Shown here: positions 1 to 8,650 of the stretch, piece by piece
Layout: each line of letters starts with the position of its first letter
Position numbering within the stretch: the first letter of the stretch is position 1
Origin: Infirmifilum sp.
GTDB taxonomy: Archaea > Thermoproteota > Thermoprotei > Thermofilales > Thermofilaceae
Direction: 5' to 3'
NCBI GenBank assembly: GCA_041287245.1
Contig: JBEULP010000117.1
Location: forward strand, 160,001-224,000
Length of the DNA stretch: 64,000 bases
The notes under the pieces: generated by a model
What the model was told of the DNA's origin: nothing
Databases searched by the model: none
What the model saw: the letters and a program-made list of their open reading frames with translations, nothing else
Made by a program: the position numbers and the translations under genes

Positions 1-2
1 AA

Positions 3-452
3 TTAAACAGGGCGCGCGAGGAGATAGCCAAAGTGTATACTGATGAGCTCGAGTCGCTGGATGGAGAGCTATTAGTACTTCCTAAGCCTCGAAAACATGT
101 TAAACATACCTGGCATATATACCAGGTACTGTTAAAGCTTGAAAACTTAAGAGTGAACCGTGACAGAATCGTTGAGGCTGTAAGGAAGGAAAATGTGCTT
201 GTTCTGGTTTCATATCCAAGAACAATTTACGAGAATCCCCTCTTCCAAAACTTAGACGGATATGGCAGGGGGTGTCCGTGGTCCTGTCCCTTCTACGGTT
301 CTAAAATTTCTTATAAACCTGGGCTAGCCCCTAAAGCGGAGCTGGCAGCGCGAAGCGTCATAACCCTCCCAACCCTCTCAGGAATGACCATTGAAGATGC
401 TTTAGATACCGCAAATGCTTTAAAGAAGATCCTATTGTATTATAAGAAGTGA
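3..452 (+). CDS. DegT/DnrJ/EryC1/StrS-family PLP aminotransferase, C-terminal part (begins before the window)
   Basis: Frame is open from base 3 (LNRAREEIAKVYTDEL...). HTWHIYQV, RDRIVEA and AELAARSVITLP match the DegT C-terminal pattern. Confidence 0.8.
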   Translation, partial: LNRAREEIAKVYTDELESLDGELLVLPKPRKHVKHTWHIYQVLLKLENLRVNRDRIVEAVRKENVLVLVSYPRTIYENPLFQNLDGYGRGCPWSCPFYGSKISYKPGLAPKAELAARSVITLPTLSGMTIEDALDTANALKKILLYYKK

Positions 453-456
453 AAGT

Positions 457-1149
457 ATGGCTCATCCAGTTATCGATAAGGCTATAGAGGAAAAACGTGC
501 TTTTCTCACACTTCGTGAATCCTTCGAGCTCTTGGAAAGCTATGAACTACCAGTCGTGAACTACGTATACATAACCTCAAAAGAGGAGTTACCAAAAGTC
601 CATAGCCTATCATTTCCCGTTGTGCTAAAGCTCGACAGCCCCGATATTGTTCATAAAACAGAGTTCGGAGCAGTAAAAACAGGGATTTCCTCCGCTCTTG
701 AGTTGGAAAAAGCAATTGATGAGATGACAGCTAAAGTTCACGAGAAGATACCAGGCGTACGCATCAACGGTTTCCTAATACAGGAAATGGTGCGTCAGGC
801 GCATGAAGTAATAGTTGGAGGCTTAAACGATTCGCAGTTCGGTCCCGTCATAGCCTTTGGGATAGGAGGAATCTTAGTGGAAGCCTTAAAGGACGTTGTT
901 TTCGACATAGCTCCAGTCTCCCGGGAACAGGCTTTAGACCTTATAAGAAGAATCAAAGGTTATAGGATACTGGAGGGTTACAGGGGACTACCTAAAGCAA
1001 ACATCGAGCTGCTTGCTGATGTGATAAGCAGAGCGTCTCAAATGTTTGCTCAGCTCTCGAGCAGTGTATCAGAAATGGACTTGAACCCCATCTTCGTCTC
1101 TTCGGATTGGATAAAAATAGCCGACGCGCGTTTTAAACTAAACATTTGA
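457..1149 (+). CDS. acdB: Acetate/acyl-CoA ligase (ADP-forming) beta subunit, ATP-grasp
   Basis: FPVVLKLDSPDIVHKTEFGAV, FGPVIAFGIGG and EMDLNP...DAR motifs. Confidence 0.9.
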   Translation: MAHPVIDKAIEEKRAFLTLRESFELLESYELPVVNYVYITSKEELPKVHSLSFPVVLKLDSPDIVHKTEFGAVKTGISSALELEKAIDEMTAKVHEKIPGVRINGFLIQEMVRQAHEVIVGGLNDSQFGPVIAFGIGGILVEALKDVVFDIAPVSREQALDLIRRIKGYRILEGYRGLPKANIELLADVISRASQMFAQLSSSVSEMDLNPIFVSSDWIKIADARFKLNI

Positions 1150-1154
1150 GTAAA

Positions 1155-1211
1155 CGTGTCAGACGCGAGAAGAGTCTTCACCAATCACGTTACCGTCGCC
1201 TCATCATCCAA
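1155..1211 (-). ncRNA. Box C/D methylation-guide sRNA
   Basis: Minus strand reads ATGATGA (C, 1207-1201), 12-nt guide GGCGACGGTAAC, GTGA (D'), TTG, GTGAAGA (C'), 12-nt guide CTCTTCTCGCGT, CTGA (D, 1162-1159). TTTTTATATA box lies about 25 nt upstream. Intergenic; ends approximate. Confidence 0.85.
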
Positions 1212-1285
1212 GAATAAAATTAGCGTAATGTATATAAAAATAGACGGTAAATTATTTTTTAAAAAAAGCAAAAGAGGTGAATAAC

Positions 1286-1615
1286 ATGCCACTGAGCCTA
1301 GGAACAGTTATTCAATTTATAATTGCCTGGCTTGTAAGTGCAATCATCATCTATATAGTTTTAAAGCTATACCCTGGAAGGCAGAAACGCGAGAACATTG
1401 GAGGCGCCCTTCTTGCAGCCCTCGTTGGCGAAATAATATTCTTACTCTTCGACATACTTCACATTCCATTCGGAAACCTTTTATCTATCCTGGTTTGGCT
1501 CTACGCTCTGAGAAAACTTTTCGGAGTTGGATGGATTGGAGCTCTAATAATAGCTTTTCTAATCTATGTTCTAAGCCTCCTAACCTCTTTTCTTGGCCTC
1601 CCCCACCTCTTCTAG
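1286..1615 (+). CDS. Small integral membrane protein (about 4 TM), unknown function
   Basis: Hydrophobic throughout. GAGGTGA RBS precedes the ATG at 1286. Confidence 0.8.
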   Translation: MPLSLGTVIQFIIAWLVSAIIIYIVLKLYPGRQKRENIGGALLAALVGEIIFLLFDILHIPFGNLLSILVWLYALRKLFGVGWIGALIIAFLIYVLSLLTSFLGLPHLF

Positions 1616-1669
1616 CCGACCCCTCTAATCAAATACTTTTTTAGGCACTTTTTCATCAAAAAGATAGGT

Positions 1670-2353
1670 GTGTCTGGACTCATGGAGTCAAGCAACGTCG
1701 AATCGTATTCTACTCTTAAGACTGTTATATCTCACTATTTAACGAAGTCTTTCACAGGGCTTTCGGAGCAAGAAGCGGATTTTATGAGCGACATAGCTAC
1801 GCAAGACTTCCTAAATTATATAGCAGTAGAAAAGGACATCCTATACGATTCCGACTCTTCTCTTCGTGTACTTTCATATATCTCGAATTTAATGGAAGAA
1901 AAACCCCTCGATTTGGATAAAATATTGAGCGAGTGGCTCGAAGTTTGGATTATAAAGTGGAAGCAGCGGGTTAAACTTGTAATGGGTGAGGATAGCCAGG
2001 ATGCCAAAGCCATGAAGAACCTTGAGGATAAAGTTACACCAATAATGAATAAGCTTGGAGACGAGGTACAAGCCTTCAGAAAATTTACGATTGGCTCGCT
2101 CATAGCCTCTCGAGAGGTTTGTTTCACGAATTTAATGGCGGATATGGTTGTAAAGGAGATTCTTTTCAAGATAGCATCTAGCCAGAATATCGCCGAGGCT
2201 CAAGACTTTGTAAGGACTAACCCGGTTTTCATACTTAATGAGATCGTGAAGAGAGTAAAGGAGCTAAGCCGCTTCAAGGGGAATCTGATTGTAGTCAAAA
2301 TCAACCCTGCCTTCTTCCAGGACGTGCGAGGTGAGATAGTTGAGTGGTGGTGA
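1670..2353 (+). CDS. Hypothetical helical protein, first gene of the BFN-xerA operon
   Basis: 227-aa ORF overlapping the next gene; start may be the ATG at 1682. Confidence 0.8.
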   Translation: MSGLMESSNVESYSTLKTVISHYLTKSFTGLSEQEADFMSDIATQDFLNYIAVEKDILYDSDSSLRVLSYISNLMEEKPLDLDKILSEWLEVWIIKWKQRVKLVMGEDSQDAKAMKNLEDKVTPIMNKLGDEVQAFRKFTIGSLIASREVCFTNLMADMVVKEILFKIASSQNIAEAQDFVRTNPVFILNEIVKRVKELSRFKGNLIVVKINPAFFQDVRGEIVEWW

Positions 2354-2813
2354 AGAAACATACCTAAAAGCTGAAGTTGTGGGCGTCTACCCGATTGTTT
2401 TCGAGTCTACCGGAACAGCCTTTGTACTCCTACTGGAAGCTGCGGAATGGAAGGGGAAGGTTCTACCGATTTATATCGGGGTTAGCGAGGGTGTTGCAAT
2501 TCAAAACGCCTTAGCGGGGATAAAAATGGAGAGACCAATGACCCACGACCTAATAATTAATATGCTTGATGCACTGGGTGTTGTCATAGAAAAAGTCACG
2601 ATCGATGCCCTTCTCAATAATAGTGTATATACAGCTACCATAGTTTTGAGGAAAGGCGAGGAAGACAGGCCCGAAAGGCTCTTAATTGATGCTCGTCCCA
2701 GTGATAGCGTGGCATTAGCGCTAAGGGCTGGAGCACCGATTTACGTGGCATCACACTTAGAGAAGCACACACGAAGCCCAGAAGAACTAGGGTTGAAGGA
2801 AGAAAATGATTAG
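2340..2813 (+). CDS. Bifunctional nuclease family protein (DUF151/BFN)
   Basis: LPIYIG..E, RPMTHDL and IDARPSDSVALALRAGAPIY signatures. Confidence 0.92.
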   Translation: MSGGEETYLKAEVVGVYPIVFESTGTAFVLLLEAAEWKGKVLPIYIGVSEGVAIQNALAGIKMERPMTHDLIINMLDALGVVIEKVTIDALLNNSVYTATIVLRKGEEDRPERLLIDARPSDSVALALRAGAPIYVASHLEKHTRSPEELGLKEEND

Positions 2814-3669
2814 CAGGAACGGTCTTAAATATCAAAGCAATGAACAACTACTTAATCTTTACATATCACACCTCATAGCTAGGAATAGGTCCGAAAAAAC
2901 AATTAAATCGTTTAAAAGCATTCTCGAGAAGTTTATCGAATTTCTAGGAGACAAAAGCCTAGCTGACATTTCCGTTTACGACGTTGATACATTCCTGGCT
3001 CAACTCCGCTCAAACGGCTGGAAGCCTGACAGTTTGTACACAGCTGGTGTTGCTCTTAAAAGGTTCTTAGAATTTATTGGGAAAGAGGATGCCTTAAAAA
3101 ACTTTGAATTACCTAAGCGTGAGAAAAGACTACCTAGATATTTAGAGCCCGACGAGGTCAAAAAAATGCTCGACGCGGCAGAGAACACTCGGGACAGGCT
3201 CATATTACTTCTTCTCTTTACAACGGGATTACGCGTAGCTGAGCTAGTCAATATTAGAAAATCTGATGTGGATCTAGAAAAACATACAATCAGGGTGAAG
3301 GGGAAAGGGTCGAAGGAACGATACGTCTATTTCTCCCCCACGGCCACGGAGCTCCTCAAGAAACAACTAGAGGAAAGTAACTCTGAATGGCTTTTTCCTT
3401 CCTCAAAAAACCCTCTATCTCACATACATTACACAACTGTTGAGCGAACTCTCTCAGCCTTAGCTCGAAAAGCCGGCCTAAACAAACGTGTTACCCCACA
3501 TCTTCTAAGACACACTTTTGCAACACTCAGCCTCGCAAATGGACTTGACATACGCGAGATACAAGAGCTTCTCGGGCACTCAAACCTTAACACTACTCAG
3601 GTCTACGCACACGTCTCGCGGGAACGTTTAAAGAGAGACTATGAACGCGTGTGGGGCTCTGTTCTATAA
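2806..3669 (+). CDS. xerA: XerA-type tyrosine recombinase
   Basis: N-terminal SAM-like domain; TGLRVAE, VKGKG, HLLRH, LGH and TQVY give the intact R-K-H-R-H-Y catalytic set. Confidence 0.9.
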   Translation: MISRNGLKYQSNEQLLNLYISHLIARNRSEKTIKSFKSILEKFIEFLGDKSLADISVYDVDTFLAQLRSNGWKPDSLYTAGVALKRFLEFIGKEDALKNFELPKREKRLPRYLEPDEVKKMLDAAENTRDRLILLLLFTTGLRVAELVNIRKSDVDLEKHTIRVKGKGSKERYVYFSPTATELLKKQLEESNSEWLFPSSKNPLSHIHYTTVERTLSALARKAGLNKRVTPHLLRHTFATLSLANGLDIREIQELLGHSNLNTTQVYAHVSRERLKRDYERVWGSVL

Positions 3670-3673
3670 ACGC

Positions 3674-4252
3674 TTAAGCTATCTCGGTTACCTCTGAGCG
3701 AAGCTCTATCTGCAGCCTTTTCAACAAGGTATCCAGGTCTATAAGTTCTGCCCCAGCGAAGTTCTGCATGTATGCTAGACCCGTTTTATGCCATTCTTCG
3801 CTTGCAGCAGCTACACAATTGACTGGTACAATGGTTCTGTAGCCTCTGTAGAAAGCCCCTAACACGGTCTGCTGAACACAAATATGGGTGTGTATGCCGG
3901 TTATTATTAAGGTATCAGCTCCAAGCTCTCTGAGCAAGACATCAAGGTCCGTGAACATGAAAGCATCATACCGCCTCTTTGGAACGATAAAGTCCTTGGG
4001 GGAGGGGGCTAGCTCGCAGACTATCCGACTCTCACTATCACCCCTTATGGCGTGAGGCCCCCAAAGCCTTGTCTCGAAATCTATACCTTGATAGTGCTGA
4101 TCCATAGTATAGATCACAGGTATTCCTCTTTCACGGGCAAAGTCAAGCAGCCTCTTTATGTTAGGTATAATACGCTCAGCGTTCTCGGCTCGTAGACGCC
4201 CCCGCACAAACTCCTCGAGCATGTCTACAACTATTACTGCATACTTAGCCAT
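3674..4252 (-). CDS. Isochorismatase/nicotinamidase-family cysteine hydrolase
   Basis: VIVVDM, KRRYDAF and GIHTHICV (D-K-C triad). Confidence 0.9.
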   Translation of the reverse strand: MAKYAVIVVDMLEEFVRGRLRAENAERIIPNIKRLLDFARERGIPVIYTMDQHYQGIDFETRLWGPHAIRGDSESRIVCELAPSPKDFIVPKRRYDAFMFTDLDVLLRELGADTLIITGIHTHICVQQTVLGAFYRGYRTIVPVNCVAAASEEWHKTGLAYMQNFAGAELIDLDTLLKRLQIELRSEVTEIA

Positions 4253-4297
4253 ACACTATTGATGTTGTCAAAACCTAGATAATAGCTTTATTCCTTC

Positions 4298-4597
4298 TCA
4301 CTCAGGCTTAAGAACCACAACTTTTGGCTTAAGTTCCTCCTCCAACATTTTTAGAATTGTAGCTATTCTCTGTCCTTTCTCCGTAAGCCTTAGTATTCTA
4401 TTCCCGGGACTCCCCTTCCTATCTTCTTCTACAAGGTTGTACTCTAAGAGTTTCTTAACGTTATTATAGATAGAAGTTGTCGAAAGCTTAGTCGAGGGTC
4501 TTAGATCTGTAATTTTTTTCTCCCCTTCGTACAAGGCTAAAAGGATCAGATCGCTCTCGGTGAAGATTAATCTCTTGTCGAACTCGTTGCTCAACAC
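4298..4597 (-). CDS. Winged-helix transcriptional regulator
   Basis: LSTTSIYNNVKKLLEYNLVEE...RLTEKG wHTH pattern. Confidence 0.8.
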   Translation of the reverse strand: MLSNEFDKRLIFTESDLILLALYEGEKKITDLRPSTKLSTTSIYNNVKKLLEYNLVEEDRKGSPGNRILRLTEKGQRIATILKMLEEELKPKVVVLKPE

Positions 4598-4663
4598 AAC
4601 CCCCTATTAACTCAAAATGCCTTCCGAAATAAAAATTAACCTCTTACGTTTATCGTTATTGCT

Positions 4664-4990
4664 ATGTCTTCAATCAAAATCACAGATTTCCAGAAGCTAG
4701 ACATTAGAATTGGCCGTATTCTAGAAGCGCAGCCGATTGAGAAAAGCGAGAAGCTTATCCTCTTGAAAGTAGATATAGGTAACGAGGTTAGACAACTCGT
4801 CGCGGGGCTCAGGCCCTATTATAAACCTGAAGAGCTAAAAGGGAAGGAGGTCGTTGTCCTAGCAAACCTCGAGCCCAAGGCTCTAATGGGCTACACCTCA
4901 CAGGGCATGCTTCTGGCCGCCGTTGAGGATGGAAAACCCGTACTTCTTGTCCCAGAAAAAGAGGTTAAAGTAGGAGCGAAAATAAGTTAA
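4664..4990 (+). CDS. Stand-alone tRNA-binding OB-fold protein (Trbp111/CsaA/MetRS C-terminal domain)
   Basis: DFQKLDIRIG, RQLVAG and NLEPKALMGYTSQGMLLA. Confidence 0.92.
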   Translation: MSSIKITDFQKLDIRIGRILEAQPIEKSEKLILLKVDIGNEVRQLVAGLRPYYKPEELKGKEVVVLANLEPKALMGYTSQGMLLAAVEDGKPVLLVPEKEVKVGAKIS

Positions 4991-5005
4991 AATATAAAAA
5001 TATTT

Positions 5006-5254
5006 TTACCGAATTCCTATGTGAAGTCCTCTATCCAACCTACTCGTATCCATGTCCCGGTAGCTTGCTAGGATCTTACGTATAGCCTCTCGTATAGCAT
5101 CACTCCTATTCTGGAAGTAGCCTTTCTCGATGAGTTGATCAAGTGCATCGATCAGCCCTACGGGCAGTTTGACGGAGATGACCTTTGTTACCGACGTATA
5201 GTCTCCTCTGTTAGTAACATAATAACTACTCGGAAGATCATTTCTTGTTGCCAT
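5006..5254 (-). CDS. Ribbon-helix-helix (CopG/NikR-like) DNA-binding protein
   Basis: VISVKLPVGLIDALDQLIEKGYFQNRSDAIREAIR. Start set to the ATG at 5254; the track extends to 5347. Confidence 0.85.
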   Translation of the reverse strand: MATRNDLPSSYYVTNRGDYTSVTKVISVKLPVGLIDALDQLIEKGYFQNRSDAIREAIRKILASYRDMDTSRLDRGLHIGIR

Positions 5255-5450
5255 CAAATGATAGTATGAAGATTCTAGGTATATAGAATCCTCGAAATAA
5301 CCCAGTCTCATGACTGTAGGACAATTTAATTTAGTAACTATTGACACTTCTGATAATATCAGAGGGAAGACATAAATTGCCGTACTTTTTCCCGGACAGG
5401 TTCAGATTAGAAACGTTAATTTACCGTCTAATCCCATATTTTTGAGTCCT

Positions 5451-6185
5451 ATGGTGGAGACTCGCATAAACTATCAGAGGGAAAAGGAGAACATTCGACG
5501 GGAAATATGGACAACATTAGAGAAATATGAAGTAGTTACAAGTCCAAGACCATGTTATGGAAAAATACCTGGTTTTATAGGCAGTCACAACATACAGCTA
5601 AGACTGGTAAAGCTCGACGCTTTCAGGCAAGCTGAAACCGTATACACAACTCCCGATGTATCGCTTCGAGTTCTTCGCGAAGAGTCCCTGAAAAGAGGTA
5701 AACGCATAGTGTTATCTTTGCCCGCTCTTAGGGGTTATATCCTACTAGACCCCTCCAAACTCTCTCCCAACAAATACGGCTTTGCCTCAACGCTAAGAGG
5801 AGCTTTAGCCACAGGTGAAAGAATAAAGTGGCCAGAAGGGATAAGTTTCGATTTGGTTGCACTTGGGAGCGTTGCTGTAAACACTAACGGTGGCAGGCTG
5901 GGACGTGGAGACGGAATACACGACTTGGAATATGCCATTCTACGCGAGCTACATGCGATTACAGAAAAAACTCCTGTTGTTACGGCTGTCCATGACCTTC
6001 AAGTCGTAGAGAAGAAGATACCAATGCTCCAACACGATGTTCCGGTCGATTACATTCTAACACCCACGCGGTTAATCGCTACCTCGTCTCCGTACCTCAA
6101 ACCCCCAGGTATAATATGGGAGCAGCTATCAATAGAGTTCATCAAGTCAACCTCAATTCTAAGGGTTTTATTCGGCATATCATGA
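5451..6185 (+). CDS. 5-formyltetrahydrofolate cyclo-ligase-like protein (MTHFSD/COG0212 paralog)
   Basis: KIPGFIG, GSVAV...GGRLGRGDG..DLEY and HDVPVD. Confidence 0.85.
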   Translation: MVETRINYQREKENIRREIWTTLEKYEVVTSPRPCYGKIPGFIGSHNIQLRLVKLDAFRQAETVYTTPDVSLRVLREESLKRGKRIVLSLPALRGYILLDPSKLSPNKYGFASTLRGALATGERIKWPEGISFDLVALGSVAVNTNGGRLGRGDGIHDLEYAILRELHAITEKTPVVTAVHDLQVVEKKIPMLQHDVPVDYILTPTRLIATSSPYLKPPGIIWEQLSIEFIKSTSILRVLFGIS

Positions 6186-6749
6186 CTTCAATGGAATTCT
6201 AAGAAGACCTGGAGCATATCTGTTAATATTGGCTGTACAAGAGGCACAGTAAGATGCAGGTTTATCATCAACGTCGTAGATCGAGTTACTGAAACGCATT
6301 ACGCAGTTCTTCGGACAATGTGTCAAACCAAAGCTGTGTCCCAACTCGTGAAGACTCTCTTTCAATAATCTCATCCTAAAGAGGGGTATCGAGGGAGGCA
6401 GTCCGTAGAACTCCTGTTTAAGCCTTTCTGTGAACACAACTCCTCCCCAATTAGGAGAGGCAACTCCAAATACAAAGTTTAGGCCTTCTATGAAGCCATC
6501 GCCCTCGATGATAGCAAGTATACGCTGGTAGGGTAAGACTCCTATCTTTTCCTGAAGGTAACGGAGGAGTTTTTCAGCGTTGATCTGCTCTCTATCTTCA
6601 TCGTAGAAGTTTAAAACAGCCCCTAGTGTAAGGCTTTTTGTATCTTCCATAATGTGAGCATTAAAGAAGTTAGCCAAGGTTTTGTGTAACCACTTAATAT
6701 GCTCCTCCTCAACTCCCAAGGCAAGAATCTTGATGACATATTCTGCCAT
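6180..6749 (-). CDS. amzA: Archaemetzincin (zinc metalloprotease M54)
   Basis: LNFVFG, HELGHSFGLTHCPKNCVMRFS...C..C. Confidence 0.93.
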   Translation of the reverse strand: MAEYVIKILALGVEEEHIKWLHKTLANFFNAHIMEDTKSLTLGAVLNFYDEDREQINAEKLLRYLQEKIGVLPYQRILAIIEGDGFIEGLNFVFGVASPNWGGVVFTERLKQEFYGLPPSIPLFRMRLLKESLHELGHSFGLTHCPKNCVMRFSNSIYDVDDKPASYCASCTANINRYAPGLLRIPLKS

Positions 6750-6833
6750 ACTACAACAGTATGAACCTTATATTGTGGCTTCAACTAAAATGTTACTGTA
6801 TAATCCCTCTTCCAAGCTTAACAAGATAAGGGT

Positions 6834-7220
6834 ATGTATTTAAGGATAGAAGATATACTCGACGAGGCGATCAGTGTCTCTGAGAAAAGCATCTACATAC
6901 TTCTTACTACAAGCGTGGTATCTACACTTGTGGCATCTATATACGGGTGGGTTCAAGTATTTTTAATTCCTCCTTTACTAGCCTCCTCCTATTTCTTTGT
7001 GGATCTGATACGGAGATTATATGTTTATTACTCTAAGAGTGCCTCGAATAAAACAGTACTATTATTAGTATTGCCATCCTATGCAACCCTTACAACAATG
7101 GCTCTGGGGCTTGCTGGGATTTTTACAGCGCTATCATATATACTGGTGCTACTGGGGCTGACAGCTATACTATTCTCTAAGATCGTCGCATCGAAGCGAG
7201 ACATTATCGTTATAACCTGA
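6834..7220 (+). CDS. Small membrane protein (about 4 TM)
   Basis: Hydrophobic segments. Confidence 0.7.
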   Translation: MYLRIEDILDEAISVSEKSIYILLTTSVVSTLVASIYGWVQVFLIPPLLASSYFFVDLIRRLYVYYSKSASNKTVLLLVLPSYATLTTMALGLAGIFTALSYILVLLGLTAILFSKIVASKRDIIVIT

Positions 7221-7238
7221 GAGAACCGCACTGGAAAG

Positions 7239-7982
7239 ATGGAAAGAGTACTCGGATGGTTAATGATAATAAAGACCCGCATCTTTAAACAGACTGTGTC
7301 GACTATCAGCAAATATGAGATATTTCCGCTACTCTTAGAGCTTGCGAAAAGAGGCTGCTTAAATTTTCCCGAAAGAATAAGCAGAACAGAAATAATAAAA
7401 GCCCTGGATGCTTCTTCCTGGCGTCTTAGAAAACTGTTAGAAGTGGGTGAAAAAGAAGGTTATATTGAGAGGCTACAGCAGGGCAGGTATGTTACTTATA
7501 AAATCACTCCAAGAGGTAAAACGCTATTAGAGAGTGTTTACAGGGATCTCCGGTCTATCTTCGATTCAGATGTTATCATAGAGCTTAAAGGCAAAGTAGT
7601 CCCGGGTTTAGGTGAAGGAGCCTTTTATTTAAGCATACCGAAGTATGTGGAAGCGTTCAAAGAGGTTCTGGGTTTTGAACCTTACCCCGGTACGCTAAAT
7701 GTAAAGCTAGATGAAGAGTCTACAAAGAAAAGATCTCAACTTAAGAAATCTACAACCGGAGTATACATACCAGGCTTCACTATAAATGAAAGAAGTTTCT
7801 GCGGCGTGTACGTCTACAGAGCTGTGATAAGCGCCAACGGGTTATCTGTCTTCGGCGCCGCCCTAGATATTGAGAAAACAAAACATGGGGAAGACATACT
7901 TGAGCTTATTTCACAGGTTAAACTCCGCTCTGAACTAAGGCTGAGAGACGGGGACAATATATCTATAAAAATTATGCTTTAA
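7239..7982 (+). CDS. ribK: CTP-dependent riboflavin kinase with N-terminal wHTH (RbkR-type)
   Basis: GKVVPGLGEGAFYL, FEPYPGTLNV and LRLRDGD, preceded by an HTH. Start uncertain. Confidence 0.9.
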   Translation: MERVLGWLMIIKTRIFKQTVSTISKYEIFPLLLELAKRGCLNFPERISRTEIIKALDASSWRLRKLLEVGEKEGYIERLQQGRYVTYKITPRGKTLLESVYRDLRSIFDSDVIIELKGKVVPGLGEGAFYLSIPKYVEAFKEVLGFEPYPGTLNVKLDEESTKKRSQLKKSTTGVYIPGFTINERSFCGVYVYRAVISANGLSVFGAALDIEKTKHGEDILELISQVKLRSELRLRDGDNISIKIML

Positions 7983-8421
7983 CATCTCCCAAATCTTTCA
8001 GCTCGAACACGCAGAAACCATCCTTAAAGCTGATAAAGTTTTCACCCGTAGCCGGATACACCCGCCTACCTGTTAAAAAACGTGCACTAGCTGCTGTAAA
8101 AGAAGGTAGAGGACATAGGTCTTTAAGAGGGCACTCATATCCTGGGATCTTGACTCGATAAACATTACCCGCAACTTCCACATCTCCCTTTAGTTTTACC
8201 ACTGAAAGTGCATGCGAAACAGCTTCTGAAATACTATTGGCCTTTTGGTTAAAGAAGAGTTCATGTGCGAAAAGTTCAGCAGCAACTGTAATCTGGCCTC
8301 TCGTCAGACTAAGTTTTTCGTATAGTTTCCTTATGACTCCGATCCATAGCTCAGAGCAGATCGACTCGGACATCAAAATGGGAAATGTTGGGTAGTTTAA
8401 TAATATTTCAGCCCCCTCCAA
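7972..8421 (-). CDS. Hypothetical protein, possibly V4R/MetOD-like
   Basis: ECP-x4-CP...C pattern; overlaps the moaD stop. Confidence 0.6.
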   Translation of the reverse strand: MEGAEILLNYPTFPILMSESICSELWIGVIRKLYEKLSLTRGQITVAAELFAHELFFNQKANSISEAVSHALSVVKLKGDVEVAGNVYRVKIPGYECPLKDLCPLPSFTAASARFLTGRRVYPATGENFISFKDGFCVFELKDLGDVKA

Positions 8422-8644
8422 TGTGAGGTAAAAGTTTTACCTCATCGTTCTCGCTTACAACATAGTCAGGTTTAACGGAAACATTGTTTACGAGAATGAT
8501 TATTCTGTCTATGATTTGTGCAACACGGGGGTCTACAATGTCCTTTACCTTTTTGGGCGAACCACTACTAATTTCTATTTCCTCTATGTCCTTCCCGGCG
8601 AGCTCAGAAAGGAAACCATAGTAAAAAATTCTTATTTTTCCCAT
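8408..8644 (-). CDS. moaD: MoaD/ThiS/SAMP ubiquitin-like sulfur carrier
   Basis: Beta-grasp pattern with C-terminal ...LLPHIGGG; directly downstream of AOR. Confidence 0.9.
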   Translation of the reverse strand: MGKIRIFYYGFLSELAGKDIEEIEISSGSPKKVKDIVDPRVAQIIDRIIILVNNVSVKPDYVVSENDEVKLLPHIGGG

Positions 8645-8650
8645 GGGAGA

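Noticed and set aside
2806..3669. Recombinase as the integrase of a provirus or island
   Set aside because: It is XerA-sized, embedded among housekeeping genes, and has no adjacent tRNA, att duplication or viral genes.
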